This document shows, piece after piece, positions 48,373-59,522 of a DNA stretch of 64,000 nucleotides. The translations under genes and the position numbers were made by a program. Numbering within the stretch: the stretch's first letter is position 1; each line of letters starts with the position of its first letter. Below the pieces are notes generated by a model. The model worked only from the letters and a program-made list of their open reading frames with translations. It ran no database searches and was not told the DNA's origin. Source of the stretch: Anaerolineae bacterium (GTDB lineage Bacteria > Chloroflexota > Anaerolineae > B4-G1 > DUEL01); the NCBI GenBank assembly GCA_041082215.1, contig JBDOIF010000120.1, positions 1 through 64,000 of the forward strand, given 5' to 3'.

Positions 48373-51300
48373 TTATGGACCGACCTCCAGCTCCCCGATC
48401 ACAACGTGGTCGCCGACGGGATTCCCGGCAGGGTCCACCACCGGCAGCCGCTCCATCGTCGCCAGCAGGTAGACGCCCACGACCACCTGATACCGCCCCG
48501 CAGGGCTATCCGGCGATAGCGTCACCTGATAGGGGTCCGTGACCTCCTGCCCGGGCACCCATCGGGAGGTGGGCAGGGTCCCCTGCACCGGCCAGGCGTC
48601 CACCTGCCCGTGCAGCCGTCCGTCCGGCCCCAGGAGCTGGACCGTGACGGTGTAGTCTTCCTCCATCGCCCGCAGCGCCCGCCAGCGGAGGAGGACCGGG
48701 AGCGACGCGCCCGGCCGAAGCCGGTCCGCTCCCACCTCTGCGGCTGCCAGCAGAATCCGCCCGTCGAAATTGGCCAGGCCCACCTGGGCCGGCGTCACCT
48801 TCACCGACGCCAGCATGCAGCCATCGGTCGGAGGGGCCAGCCAGTGACAGTGGGCTGTCCCTCCGGTCCATCCAACCCGCAGCCGGTAGGTCCCCGGCAC
48901 GTCGGGGGCCGCCAGCCGCGCCCGGCTCCGTCCTGCCCCCGCTGCTACCTCTACCTCCTGCCCCCCCACGGCCTGTCCGGCCTCGTCCACCCATTCCAGG
49001 TGGGCCACGCCTGCCCCCACCCCCCGCGCCCAGGCCAGGTCCACCGCCACCGGAGAGCCTGCGGGGGCGCTGGTCGGAAGGTCGAACCCCACCAGCCAGG
49101 CTGGTCCCAGGAGCATCCGCACCCGATATGGCAGTGCGTCACCGGCCTCCACCCGGTCCACCGTCACCTGCGCTGCCCGCCACCAGCTCCCCGGCCCGTT
49201 GTCCACCGGAAGCCCCGACCCGGAGAAGCGGGGGAAGAGGCCCACCTCCAGGTCGTAGCGGCCCGGCGCAAGCCAGGGCGGGAGGGGGACGGGGTGGTAG
49301 TCGGCCACGATCGCGCCGGGCAGCCAGCCGTTGGTGGGGTAGTTGCCGCCCACCGGCCGGCTGCCATCCGAGGTCCAGGCCACCTCCCCGGCTCTGTCCA
49401 CCAGCCGCAACCGCACCTCCAGGTCCTCCTGGGGGGTGTCCTCTGCTTGCCAGTAGAGGGTCAGATGCCAGAGCGGACGGTTCCGGGGGTCTGCATCCAG
49501 CTCGAGGGCCGTCAGCTCTACCTCCTGCCCGAACGTTGCCCGCGCCGGTCTTGCCCCCGGCGGCGGCTCCATCAGCGGCTCTGTCCCTACCTCCACCAGC
49601 GGCCCCAGCGAGCGGAGATAGAACCCCTCCAGGTGGGGCAGATACCGGGCCAGATAGACCGTCTGCCCGGACGCCAGCCGCGCCGCCAGGTCGGCCCGGT
49701 ACTCCTCCTCGGTGAAATGGACCACCAGGTCCAGGTCGGGCCGCATCCCCTCGATCTGCTGGAGGTAGTAGAGGGGGGCGAACTTCTCCCCGTCGGCCAG
49801 GATGGCCGCTGAGGGCGCCAGGGGGAGGCTCAGGACATACCGCCCCCACCGTTCTGCCTCCACCCGTCCGCTCTGATCCACCGCTGGCAGGTTGAGCCAG
49901 ATCCGGCTGAGGGGGAGAAGGGCGAAGAGGGCCAGGAGGAGGCCGGTTGCCAGGGGCCGGAGCCGGTCCGTCAGGCGGGTCAGCAGCGCCAGGCCTGCTC
50001 CCATCCAGAGGGCCAGGATGAGGTGGGCCGGGAGCAGGAAGACGGCGATGTCCGGCACCCGGTAGGCCAGCCCGTAGAGGGCGTAGGCCAGGAAGGCCAG
50101 GCCGCCGGTCAGCGCCAGCCGGGGCCGCCGGGCCGCCGTCCAGCCCAGCCCCACTGCCGCCAGGATCAGCCCTGCCCAGCCGAACGGCTCCAGCAGCAGC
50201 CGGCCCAGAATGGCATAGCGGGTGGGATCGCGCAGGAGGGAGAGCTGGAGCGCACCGCTGAACTGCTGTCCGGTCACATAGGCCAGGAACTCCCCCGCCC
50301 CCATCCATCGCCCGTCGTGGAGGGCGGGCCAGCGGAGGGGGATGTAGGCGTAGACGGAGAGGCCCAGCAGGAAGAGGGCTGCGCCAACCGGCCATTCCCG
50401 CCAGCCCAGCCGGGGGCGGGCCAGGAGGAGCGCCAGCCCCACCGCTGGCAAGAGGAGGACCGTCGTCAGGTGGTTGGTGAGGGAGAGGCCAAGCAGGAAA
50501 GCCAGCCCCCGGACGGTCCGCCGTTCGGCCCGGCCTTCCAGCAGCTCGGCCGTCAATGCCAGCACTGCAGCGACGAAGAGGAGGTTCAGCCCGTACACCT
50601 CCGCCACCACCGCCTGGGACCAGAGGACGCGGGAGAAGGCGAGGGCGCACGCTGTCAGCAACGGGGCCAGAGGCTCCTGTGTGAGCCGCTCCAGAGAGAG
50701 GCAGGAAAGGACGACCGCGCCGGTCGTGAAGACGGCGGAAGTAAGGTTTACCCGCCAGGCCATCGAGCCGAGGGGGATCAGGGAGAAGAGTTTGCCCAGG
50801 AGGATGTAGAGAGGGTAGCCGGTGGGGTGGGCGATCCCCAGGGAGGGGGCGACTACCTGGAACTCGAACGTATCCGCCTCCCCCACCGTCCGGCCCATCG
50901 TCCGCAGGTAGATGCTGAAGACGGTCAGGGTCAGAAGGAGGACCCCGCTTCTCTTATCCGGCCTGCCGGCGATGAGAGGGGTCAGGACGACTCCTCCCAC
51001 AAGGAGCACCAGCCCCATCAGCGGATCGGGCTGCGGGGTGAGCAGGTAGGCCAGCGGGAGGAGCAGCCCGGCCCAGCCCCCGGCCCGATGGAGGCGGGGG
51101 GAGGTACAAACCCACCGGCCGAGAAACCACCCGGCCGTGCCGCCGACCGCCGCCATCCCGCCCACGGCCAGGGGGGAGGAGAAGAGGGGGAGCAAATAGA
51201 AGGCCTCGCCCAGGTAACGGGCCAGGCCCAGGGACCAGATGAAGAAGGCCAGTGCCCAGCTTAAGGCCCTGCCGCCGACTGCCGTCCGTGGAAGTACCAC
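48373..51300 (-). CDS. DUF2723 (TMEM260-like) GT-C glycosyltransferase with C-terminal repeated Ig-like domains
   Basis: ADTFEFQ..GIAHPTGYPLY, WSQAVVAEVY, LTNH; probable GTG start at 51300 with GAGGT SD, overlapping the mrdA 3' end by 40 nt. Confidence 0.82.
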   Translation of the reverse strand: MVLPRTAVGGRALSWALAFFIWSLGLARYLGEAFYLLPLFSSPLAVGGMAAVGGTAGWFLGRWVCTSPRLHRAGGWAGLLLPLAYLLTPQPDPLMGLVLLVGGVVLTPLIAGRPDKRSGVLLLTLTVFSIYLRTMGRTVGEADTFEFQVVAPSLGIAHPTGYPLYILLGKLFSLIPLGSMAWRVNLTSAVFTTGAVVLSCLSLERLTQEPLAPLLTACALAFSRVLWSQAVVAEVYGLNLLFVAAVLALTAELLEGRAERRTVRGLAFLLGLSLTNHLTTVLLLPAVGLALLLARPRLGWREWPVGAALFLLGLSVYAYIPLRWPALHDGRWMGAGEFLAYVTGQQFSGALQLSLLRDPTRYAILGRLLLEPFGWAGLILAAVGLGWTAARRPRLALTGGLAFLAYALYGLAYRVPDIAVFLLPAHLILALWMGAGLALLTRLTDRLRPLATGLLLALFALLPLSRIWLNLPAVDQSGRVEAERWGRYVLSLPLAPSAAILADGEKFAPLYYLQQIEGMRPDLDLVVHFTEEEYRADLAARLASGQTVYLARYLPHLEGFYLRSLGPLVEVGTEPLMEPPPGARPARATFGQEVELTALELDADPRNRPLWHLTLYWQAEDTPQEDLEVRLRLVDRAGEVAWTSDGSRPVGGNYPTNGWLPGAIVADYHPVPLPPWLAPGRYDLEVGLFPRFSGSGLPVDNGPGSWWRAAQVTVDRVEAGDALPYRVRMLLGPAWLVGFDLPTSAPAGSPVAVDLAWARGVGAGVAHLEWVDEAGQAVGGQEVEVAAGAGRSRARLAAPDVPGTYRLRVGWTGGTAHCHWLAPPTDGCMLASVKVTPAQVGLANFDGRILLAAAEVGADRLRPGASLPVLLRWRALRAMEEDYTVTVQLLGPDGRLHGQVDAWPVQGTLPTSRWVPGQEVTDPYQVTLSPDSPAGRYQVVVGVYLLATMERLPVVDPAGNPVGDHVVIGELEVGP

Positions 51301-53240
51301 TCCAGCACCTCGTGCGCCACCGGCACCGCTGCCACCGACCCCTCCCCGCCGTTGTAGATAAAGACGATCAGGGCGATCTCCGGCGCTTCCACCGGCGCGA
51401 AGGCCATAAACCAGGCGTGGGTCGGCTGGGCCAGTCCCTCGCCGCAGATGCCCATCTGCTGGGCGATATCGTCGCAAAACTGGGCCGTGCCGGTCTTGCC
51501 GGCCACCCGCACTCCCTCCACCTGCCCGCGGGTCGCCGTGCCGTAGGCCACTGCCCCCTCCAGCCCCTGGTGGATCAGCGTCCAGTTCTCCGGCGAGATG
51601 GGCAGGGTGCGGATGATCTCCGGCTGGAAGGGCTGGACCACGTTTCCCTGGGCGTCGGTGATGTGGTGGACGATCTGGGGGCGGTAGAGGGTGCCGCCGT
51701 TGGCGGTGGCGGCCATCACGTTGAGCATCTGGAGGGGGGTCACCAGCAGATACCCCTGACCGATGGAGAGGTTGTAGGTGTCGCCGGTGGACCAGTTCTC
51801 GCCGATGGTGCGCCGCTTCCAGGTGGCGTTGGGCACCAGCCCGGCCGCCTCGTGGGGCAGTTCGATGCCGGTCGGTTCTCCCAGGCCGAAGAGATGGCTG
51901 TACTCGTCAATCCGCTCCAGCCCCAACCCCTCGAAGTTCTCAAACCCGCCGCCCACTTTGTAGAAAAAGATGTCGCAGGAGTAGGCCAGGCCGTGGACAA
52001 TATCCAGCCAGCCGTGGCCGGAGCGGAGCCAGCAATGGAAGGGCTGGGCACGGCCAGGGTCGTTCGGATAGTACTTGTTGGGGACAACGATCGTTCCGGG
52101 ACAATCCAGCCGGGTCCGTGGAGTGAGCACTCCCTCCTGCAATGCGGCGGCGGCGGGGATAATCTTGAAGATGGACCCCGGCGGGAGCTGGTCGGCGATG
52201 GCGTGGTTCAGGAGAGGCCGGTGGGGGTCCTCCAGCAGACGCTGGTAGTCCTCCACCGAGATGCCCTCGGCGAAGAGGTTGTTGTCGTAGGTGGGCAGGC
52301 TGACCATCGTCAGAACCTCACCGGTGCGGGGGTCCATCGCGATCAGGACTCCCCGCCGGGAGCCGACCCGGTTCATCCCCCGCAGCAGGGCATCCTGGGC
52401 CACCTGTTGCAGCTCCATGTCAATGGTCAGGTAGACATTGTAGCCGGGCGTCGGCGGCTGTTCCTCTCCCAGCACCCGCACCACCCGTCCCAGCACATCC
52501 TCCTCCTGATACCGCTGGCCAGGCTTTCCCCGGAGCCAGTCCTCAAAGGCCGCCTCGACCCCTGCATAGCCCACCCGGTCCGTCGCCGGATCATACCCCT
52601 GGCTGGTGTATGCCTCCGCCTCCTCCTCCGGGATCGCCCCCAGATAGCCGACAAGCTGGGAGACGAGCGGGCCATAGGGGTACTGGCGCCGGGAGACCAC
52701 CTCGACCCGCACGCCGGGGAAGGCGATGCCCTCCCCCTGACCGACCGTCAGAGCGACCTCCCGGTCAACCTGGGCGGCGACGACCAGCGGCTCGTAGGGG
52801 GCGTACAGGCCGGACATCGGGTCCAGGCGGGGTTCCACCAGCTCTTTGAGCCCCCGCAAGCCCTGGGGGTCGGAGTATTCCATCCCCAGCACGGCCGCCA
52901 GCCGCCGCAGGACCGTCTCCCGTTCCAGCTCATCTTCGGGCAAAAGGCCGGGAAAGACGACAACCTGGAAGGCGGGGACGTTGCGCACCAGCGGCTCCCC
53001 GTCCCGGCTGTAGATCAGGCCACGGGGGGCCGGCAGGCGGACCAGTTGACCCCGCTGTTCCTGGGCCTTTCTGGCCCAGTAGTCGGCCTCCACCACCTGG
53101 AGGCGGTAGAGCCGCACGGCCATAACCCCCAGCAGGAGCAGGAAGAGCACCCCCAGGAAGGCCAGCCGTGGGGAGGTCAGGAACAGGTATAACCGCCGGG
53201 CAAGGCCCCGGGGAGGAGGTTGGAGCACCCTACGCGCCAT
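51261..53240 (-). CDS. mrdA: Penicillin-binding protein 2
   Basis: RLYRLQV, APRGLIY, R.YPYG, SIFK (SxxK), SCD, KTGTAQ. Confidence 0.95.
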   Translation of the reverse strand: MARRVLQPPPRGLARRLYLFLTSPRLAFLGVLFLLLLGVMAVRLYRLQVVEADYWARKAQEQRGQLVRLPAPRGLIYSRDGEPLVRNVPAFQVVVFPGLLPEDELERETVLRRLAAVLGMEYSDPQGLRGLKELVEPRLDPMSGLYAPYEPLVVAAQVDREVALTVGQGEGIAFPGVRVEVVSRRQYPYGPLVSQLVGYLGAIPEEEAEAYTSQGYDPATDRVGYAGVEAAFEDWLRGKPGQRYQEEDVLGRVVRVLGEEQPPTPGYNVYLTIDMELQQVAQDALLRGMNRVGSRRGVLIAMDPRTGEVLTMVSLPTYDNNLFAEGISVEDYQRLLEDPHRPLLNHAIADQLPPGSIFKIIPAAAALQEGVLTPRTRLDCPGTIVVPNKYYPNDPGRAQPFHCWLRSGHGWLDIVHGLAYSCDIFFYKVGGGFENFEGLGLERIDEYSHLFGLGEPTGIELPHEAAGLVPNATWKRRTIGENWSTGDTYNLSIGQGYLLVTPLQMLNVMAATANGGTLYRPQIVHHITDAQGNVVQPFQPEIIRTLPISPENWTLIHQGLEGAVAYGTATRGQVEGVRVAGKTGTAQFCDDIAQQMGICGEGLAQPTHAWFMAFAPVEAPEIALIVFIYNGGEGSVAAVPVAHEVLEWYFHGRQSAAGP

Positions 53241-53742
53241 TGAGCGTGAACCCTTCTGGCCGCGTCCTCCGGTCCAGCCAGGCCAGCGGCCAATGGACGA
53301 AGGGGGCCAGTACCCCGTTCAGAACCGCCGAGGGAGCCGCCACGCGGGCCAGACCGTATCCCCAGTCCATCGCGTAGCCGGTCCAGCTCAGGCTGAGGAG
53401 CATCAGGAAGTGGTAGGCAAAACATGCGATCAGCACCAGGAGGACCAGTTGCAGATACATGGACCCCAGCTCCTTTCCCCATTGCTGGCCCACGATAAGG
53501 GCGGCGATCAGGAGGGAGAAAGCGATCGCTCCGAACGGCCCTCCGGAAAAGAGGTCGAGCAGGAGGCCGCCGATGAAGGCCCACAGTGCCCCCTCGATCG
53601 GGCCGCGCAGGAAGGCCCAGCCCGTCACAACGAGGAACACCAGGTCGGGCCGGCCGCCCAGGACGGACACCCCCGCCAGGGTCACGTCCTGGATCAGTGC
53701 CGTCACGGTCAGGAGCGGCAGAACCACATAGAAGCTGAGTAT
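53230..53742 (-). CDS. mreD: Rod shape-determining protein MreD (probable ATA start)
   Basis: RPDLV, GGLLLDLFSGGPFG, position between mreC and mrdA; SD AAGGAGG 5 nt before ATA at 53742; alternative TTG at 53799. Confidence 0.88.
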   Translation of the reverse strand: MLSFYVVLPLLTVTALIQDVTLAGVSVLGGRPDLVFLVVTGWAFLRGPIEGALWAFIGGLLLDLFSGGPFGAIAFSLLIAALIVGQQWGKELGSMYLQLVLLVLIACFAYHFLMLLSLSWTGYAMDWGYGLARVAAPSAVLNGVLAPFVHWPLAWLDRRTRPEGFTLNGA

Positions 53743-53752
53743 GGTCCCCTCC

Positions 53753-54646
53753 TTACGGCTGCTCGCCTGCCCCTTCCCCTTCCCGCACCAGTGGCTCAAA
53801 AGAAGTGATGACCAGCACCATCTCCACCCGTCGGTAGTCCAGCGCTGGTCGCACGACCGCCTCCTGGTGGAGGGCGAAGGGCTGTTGCTGGACCTCGACT
53901 ACCTGCCCGATGACCAGGCCGCGGGGGAGGGCTCCGCCCAACCCTGAGGTCAGCACCACATCTCCCTGCTGGACCTGGTCTTCCTGTGGGATGTAGATCA
54001 TCCGCAGGGAGCCATCGGGCTGTCCCTGGACCAGGCCTGTGGCACGGGATAGTTGCAGGAGGGCCGCGACGTTGCTGGCTGGGTCGTTGAGGAGCTGGAC
54101 CTTGCTGGTGTGCAGCCCCACCTCGGTCACGCGCCCGATCAGCACCGCGCCGCCGGTCACTACCGGCATCCCCACCGCCACACCCTCCTCTGTGCCTACG
54201 TTGATGGTGAGGGATCGGAGATAGGGGTTCGGCTCCCCCCCCACCACCTCGCCGCAGGGGGCATTCAGGCAGGCCGACCGCCCCACCACGTCCGCCCCGC
54301 GGAAGGCCCAGGTGGGGTTTTCGGTGGGGAAGTTGAGCAGTGAACGGAGCTGGGCGGCCTCGGCCTCAAACTCCTTCAGGCGGACGTTCTCGACCGTCAG
54401 CGCATCCACCTGTTCCTGCAGTACCTCCACCCGTGCCCGCAGCTCCCGGACCTCCCGTACGGTCTGAAACAGATCGCCGATCCCCGTCACCAGTCCGTCG
54501 GCCCATCGTTGCAGAGGGGCGAAGACGGTCTGGAGGGAGTTCTCAAGGGGAGCCACGACCCCGGTTTCGTGGAGTGCAAGGAGCAGGATGGAGAGGAAGA
54601 GGAAGAGCAGAGGCAGCCAGGAGCGCCACGTCCCGCGTTTCACCAC
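53753..54646 (-). CDS. mreC: Rod shape-determining protein MreC
   Basis: TM plus coiled coil, TINVG..GV..GMPV, LIGRV, VLTSGLGG..PRGLVIG. Confidence 0.95.
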   Translation of the reverse strand: MVKRGTWRSWLPLLFLFLSILLLALHETGVVAPLENSLQTVFAPLQRWADGLVTGIGDLFQTVREVRELRARVEVLQEQVDALTVENVRLKEFEAEAAQLRSLLNFPTENPTWAFRGADVVGRSACLNAPCGEVVGGEPNPYLRSLTINVGTEEGVAVGMPVVTGGAVLIGRVTEVGLHTSKVQLLNDPASNVAALLQLSRATGLVQGQPDGSLRMIYIPQEDQVQQGDVVLTSGLGGALPRGLVIGQVVEVQQQPFALHQEAVVRPALDYRRVEMVLVITSFEPLVREGEGAGEQP

Positions 54647-54685
54647 ACCTCCCGCTGAGGGTCAGGGAGCACGGCTCAGCCTGTA

Positions 54686-55762
<1,077 letters not shown>

Positions 55763-55775
55763 CTTCTCACCGCCT

Positions 55776-57287
55776 TCAAGTGTCCGAACCGTGCCGGTCT
55801 CCGGTATCGGCGGGAGGATTATACCACAAATTGGGCGGTTGAGAAAAAGGGGGCTGTTCCGAACGGACCATCTCCGTCGTCGCCGTTGCCAGCCCCACGA
55901 TGAGCCAGAAGAGAGTGGCTGAGTGGTGGAAGTCGAGGTTGAAAAAGTAGTGGTCGAAGATGCCGCCGATCAGCGCCCCGATCACCGCCGCATGCAGCCC
56001 CCACCAGAGCGGTTCCAGCCGCCTGTCGGCAGCGACCCTCCGACGGGTGCGCCAGAAGCGGGCGAAGAAGAGGCCGATCACAACCAGGAAGGCGGCCAGC
56101 CCCACCAGCCCCATCTCTTCGGCGATCAGCAGATAGACGTTGGCGACGCCGATGTAGGTATCCACATCCGGCGAGCCAGCAAACCCCACCCCCATAACCG
56201 GATACCGGCGGATGAGGATGAGGGCGTCTTTGTACTCCCCAAACCGCATCTGCGTCGCCAGGTCCTCCCCCCGAATCCCTGCCACGAAGTGGGCCACGAG
56301 GTCCTGTGTCTGGGGGAGGAGGAGCAGCAGCAGGACCGCCGCCAGGATCAGCCACCACAGCTTCCGGTACCGCAGGGTGGCGACGGCCATTAACGCCCCG
56401 CCCACCCCCACCAGCGAGCCCCGGGAGATGGTCAGCCCCAGGCAGAGGACCATCACCCCCAGCATCGGCAGCAGGTACCGCAGCCGGATCACGGGCCGGG
56501 GGGCGAAGAGCTGGGGAACCGTCAGGCTGATGGTGAGGTTGAGCAGGCTACCCAGCACGTTGGGGTCCACCGAGGTGGCGGTGGCCCGTTGTGGCAGGGT
56601 GGGATCATCCTGGATATATCGGAGCACCCCCGGCCCCGAGGGGTATCCGAAGGGGCGCAACGCCGACAGCGCCCGGATGGTCCACTCGTCCGGGATGGCG
56701 TAGAGGATGACGCCGACGAGCGCCTCCAGAAAGGCGAAGAGGATGAGCGCCCGAACGATCCGCTCCAGCCGGTCCGGCTCCTGCACGGTGTTGATGATCA
56801 GGAAGAAGAACAGTACGCTGAGCAGGATCTCGGCGAAGTGGCGGACGATGTAGGAGGTGAGGGGGGCATGGCCCAGCCCCAGCACGAAGGCGGCCAGGGC
56901 CAGGAGGAGGAAAAGGAGCACCGGCCCGCCCAGGTCCGTCACCACCAGCCTCCGCTGTGCCCCTGTCATCACCTGAAGCAGCCAGACGGCGAACAGCGCC
57001 CCCAGTGCTGCGTCCAGAAAGGTGGGGGTGAAGCCGATGTCGAAGGGGAAGGAGGCGAAGGGGAACAGGCAGATGACGCCGATAACTGCCAGATAGGCAA
57101 CCTCGATATCGCGCAACATCCACAGGGCCGCCGCCATCCCCACCACACCGACCGCCGCCAGCAACGGCCCGACCTCCGCCAGAAGGTAGCCGCCCGCGAC
57201 CGCCAGCGCCAGGGTCAACGCCAGCGCCACAAGGACCGCCAGCCAGCGGTGAGTTATAAGAAAAGAGAACCAGTTACTGGAAGGCAT
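55776..57287 (-). CDS. O-antigen ligase (Wzy_C) family membrane protein
   Basis: RATAT..DPNVLG, TISRGS, R...Y..AL..I..YP..GVG, NVYL.IAEEMGLVGL. Confidence 0.85.
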   Translation of the reverse strand: MPSSNWFSFLITHRWLAVLVALALTLALAVAGGYLLAEVGPLLAAVGVVGMAAALWMLRDIEVAYLAVIGVICLFPFASFPFDIGFTPTFLDAALGALFAVWLLQVMTGAQRRLVVTDLGGPVLLFLLLALAAFVLGLGHAPLTSYIVRHFAEILLSVLFFFLIINTVQEPDRLERIVRALILFAFLEALVGVILYAIPDEWTIRALSALRPFGYPSGPGVLRYIQDDPTLPQRATATSVDPNVLGSLLNLTISLTVPQLFAPRPVIRLRYLLPMLGVMVLCLGLTISRGSLVGVGGALMAVATLRYRKLWWLILAAVLLLLLLPQTQDLVAHFVAGIRGEDLATQMRFGEYKDALILIRRYPVMGVGFAGSPDVDTYIGVANVYLLIAEEMGLVGLAAFLVVIGLFFARFWRTRRRVAADRRLEPLWWGLHAAVIGALIGGIFDHYFFNLDFHHSATLFWLIVGLATATTEMVRSEQPPFSQPPNLWYNPPADTGDRHGSDT

Positions 57288-57317
57288 AGTGAGTTTGCAG
57301 GTTTGCAGGTATGCGGC

Positions 57318-59522
57318 TCAGCGAACATCCAGCAGGGTGGGTAGTTCGATGGTGTCGCCAGAGCCGTCCAGACGGGGCAGGCGGGCCATCGTATTCAGGC
57401 TGTACAGGCCCACCAGCAGCCGGTACCGGCCCGGCGGGAGGTCGGCCGGCAGGCTGATGGGGTGGGGGTCGGCCATCACCTCGCCAGGCCCCCACATCCC
57501 CGTCGGGTAGTCGCCGCCCAGCGGAGGCGCATCCCCCTGCGCCACCGGCTCCGGCCCTTCTCCCACCAGATGGACGAAGACCTGGTAGTCGGCGGAAGGG
57601 GCCTCCCGGACCGACCAGTACAGCGTTACCGTCACCACCTCCCCCGGCGCGACCACGTCGGAGGTCAGATCGAATCCCACCAGCGACACCCCGTCGGCCA
57701 GGTCCACCGCCAACCCGTGGGGCGGCGTGGGAACTACCTGCGGAGGCGCCAGCTTCGCCTCTCCCACCTGCGCCACTCCCAGCGTCTGCCCCACCTTTGG
57801 GTCGTACAGGCCTACCTCCACCCGCAGCCGGCTTGGAGCGGCTGCATCCCGGGCGACCCGGATCCGGTACGGATCACGCCACACCTGGCCGGGTTGCCAG
57901 AGGCTGGTGGGGACCATCCCGCATGCCGGCCTCCGGTTGACGTCCCCCACCAGCTCCATCCCCCGCCCCAGAAGGCGGGCAAAGCTCACATAGTCGCCTC
58001 CGTCCGGAGCGACGGCCTCCCAGTATACCACAACTTCCACACTTTCGCCCGTCGCTACGGTCTGGGGTGGCAGTTCCCACCCTACCACCCGCACCCCCGC
58101 CCCCACGTCCACCGGCTCCACGCGGGCCTCCGCAGGGACCTGGGCCAGTGTCAGCGGCGCGGGAAGCCGGTAGGCGGGGAGGATAGAGACGAAGGGAAGC
58201 GTGGCGGCGATGGTAAAGAGGGCCGCTGGCACTCCGACGGTCACTACCCTGTGGAAACGGGGAGGGACCCACTCCCGAAGCCCCACCAGCAGCAGGGGGC
58301 TGATCCCGGCGATGGCGGGGAAGACCAGGCGGCCCTGGAAAGAGAAATAAATCCACGTCCAGCGCAGGACGGAGACAAAGAGAACGGCGATCCAGAGAGC
58401 CGGGATCCACCAGAGAGCGTGCTGTGTACTCTGTACTCCGTGCCGTATGGCCCAGGCGACGAACCCGACCACCCCGGCCAGAGAGAGGAGGTCGAAGAAG
58501 GTGTAGACCCAGCGGGGGGCCATCACGTCCACCGCGCCGAAGAGGCCCCAGTAGGTCCAGCGGAAGGTGCCGAACTCATCCAGCCAGTCGCGGAGGGTGG
58601 GGATGCCGGGCCGCGTCCCCTGGATGGCGACGAAGGCGTTGAGCGCCGTGGGGTCGCCGTAGAGGCGCCAGTTGCGCAGGAACCACCAGCCGGAGAGCAG
58701 GAATGCGATCCCCACCACGATGGACATTCCCACCAGCAGCGGGTGGAAGCTCCGCCTGTGCAGGCTCACCCAGGCCAGCAAGCCTCCCAGCAGGATCAGC
58801 GCTGCCAGGCCGCTCAGCTTGGTCAGCAGGAGCAGCCCCACGACCAGCCCCATTGCCCCGTACCGTCGCAGCGGCAGCGGCCCTTCCAGGCCGTCCCGCA
58901 CCAGCCGTACCGTCATCCACAGGAACAGGCAGCCCAGAAAGGCGGCCAGCGCGTCGTTGTTCACCGCCCCGTTGACGAAGAGGAACATCGGCGTGAACGC
59001 TGTCAGCGCTGCTGCTCCCAGGGCAACGAGGCTGTCCCCCGGAAAAAGCTCCCGCGCCACCAGATAGGTCAGCACCACCGTCCCCGCCCCTAACCCCAGG
59101 GTGAGAAAGCGGATCAGGTGGATCGCCAGCACCGCTCCCCGCCAGGGGAAGGCCTCTCGCTCGGGCCGGTGGATGATCAGATTCTTGTTGCAGACCTGCG
59201 AGGGGTTGCCGATGAAGGCGTGCCAGTTCATCCAGCGGAGGTCGTGCAGGTCGGAGGTATCAATCCAGGAAGTGACCGCCGCCATCAGGATATAGTAGAG
59301 GGGCGGCTGCCCTCCGTCCTGCAGCCAGGGGCAGTCGTCGGGGGTCTCCCGACACGTTTCCGGATCGAGGACCGGCAGGTCGTGGTGCGTCTGCACGTAC
59401 TGAGTATAGGGGTAATGTTTGAACTCGTCGGAAGCCTCCAGAGGCGGGGTGGCCAGGCTGTAGAGGACCCCCAGGGCCAGGTAGAGGAGCAGGACCAGGG
59501 CCAGCCAGCGGCGAGGGGTCAT
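57318..59522 (-). CDS. GT-C glycosyltransferase (PMT_2/ArnT-like) with two C-terminal Ig-like repeats
   Basis: ASDEFKH, QPPLYY, VNND, LTKLSG, WFLRNWRLYGD, QGRL; ATG 59522 in ATGA overlap. Confidence 0.85.
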   Translation of the reverse strand: MTPRRWLALVLLLYLALGVLYSLATPPLEASDEFKHYPYTQYVQTHHDLPVLDPETCRETPDDCPWLQDGGQPPLYYILMAAVTSWIDTSDLHDLRWMNWHAFIGNPSQVCNKNLIIHRPEREAFPWRGAVLAIHLIRFLTLGLGAGTVVLTYLVARELFPGDSLVALGAAALTAFTPMFLFVNGAVNNDALAAFLGCLFLWMTVRLVRDGLEGPLPLRRYGAMGLVVGLLLLTKLSGLAALILLGGLLAWVSLHRRSFHPLLVGMSIVVGIAFLLSGWWFLRNWRLYGDPTALNAFVAIQGTRPGIPTLRDWLDEFGTFRWTYWGLFGAVDVMAPRWVYTFFDLLSLAGVVGFVAWAIRHGVQSTQHALWWIPALWIAVLFVSVLRWTWIYFSFQGRLVFPAIAGISPLLLVGLREWVPPRFHRVVTVGVPAALFTIAATLPFVSILPAYRLPAPLTLAQVPAEARVEPVDVGAGVRVVGWELPPQTVATGESVEVVVYWEAVAPDGGDYVSFARLLGRGMELVGDVNRRPACGMVPTSLWQPGQVWRDPYRIRVARDAAAPSRLRVEVGLYDPKVGQTLGVAQVGEAKLAPPQVVPTPPHGLAVDLADGVSLVGFDLTSDVVAPGEVVTVTLYWSVREAPSADYQVFVHLVGEGPEPVAQGDAPPLGGDYPTGMWGPGEVMADPHPISLPADLPPGRYRLLVGLYSLNTMARLPRLDGSGDTIELPTLLDVR

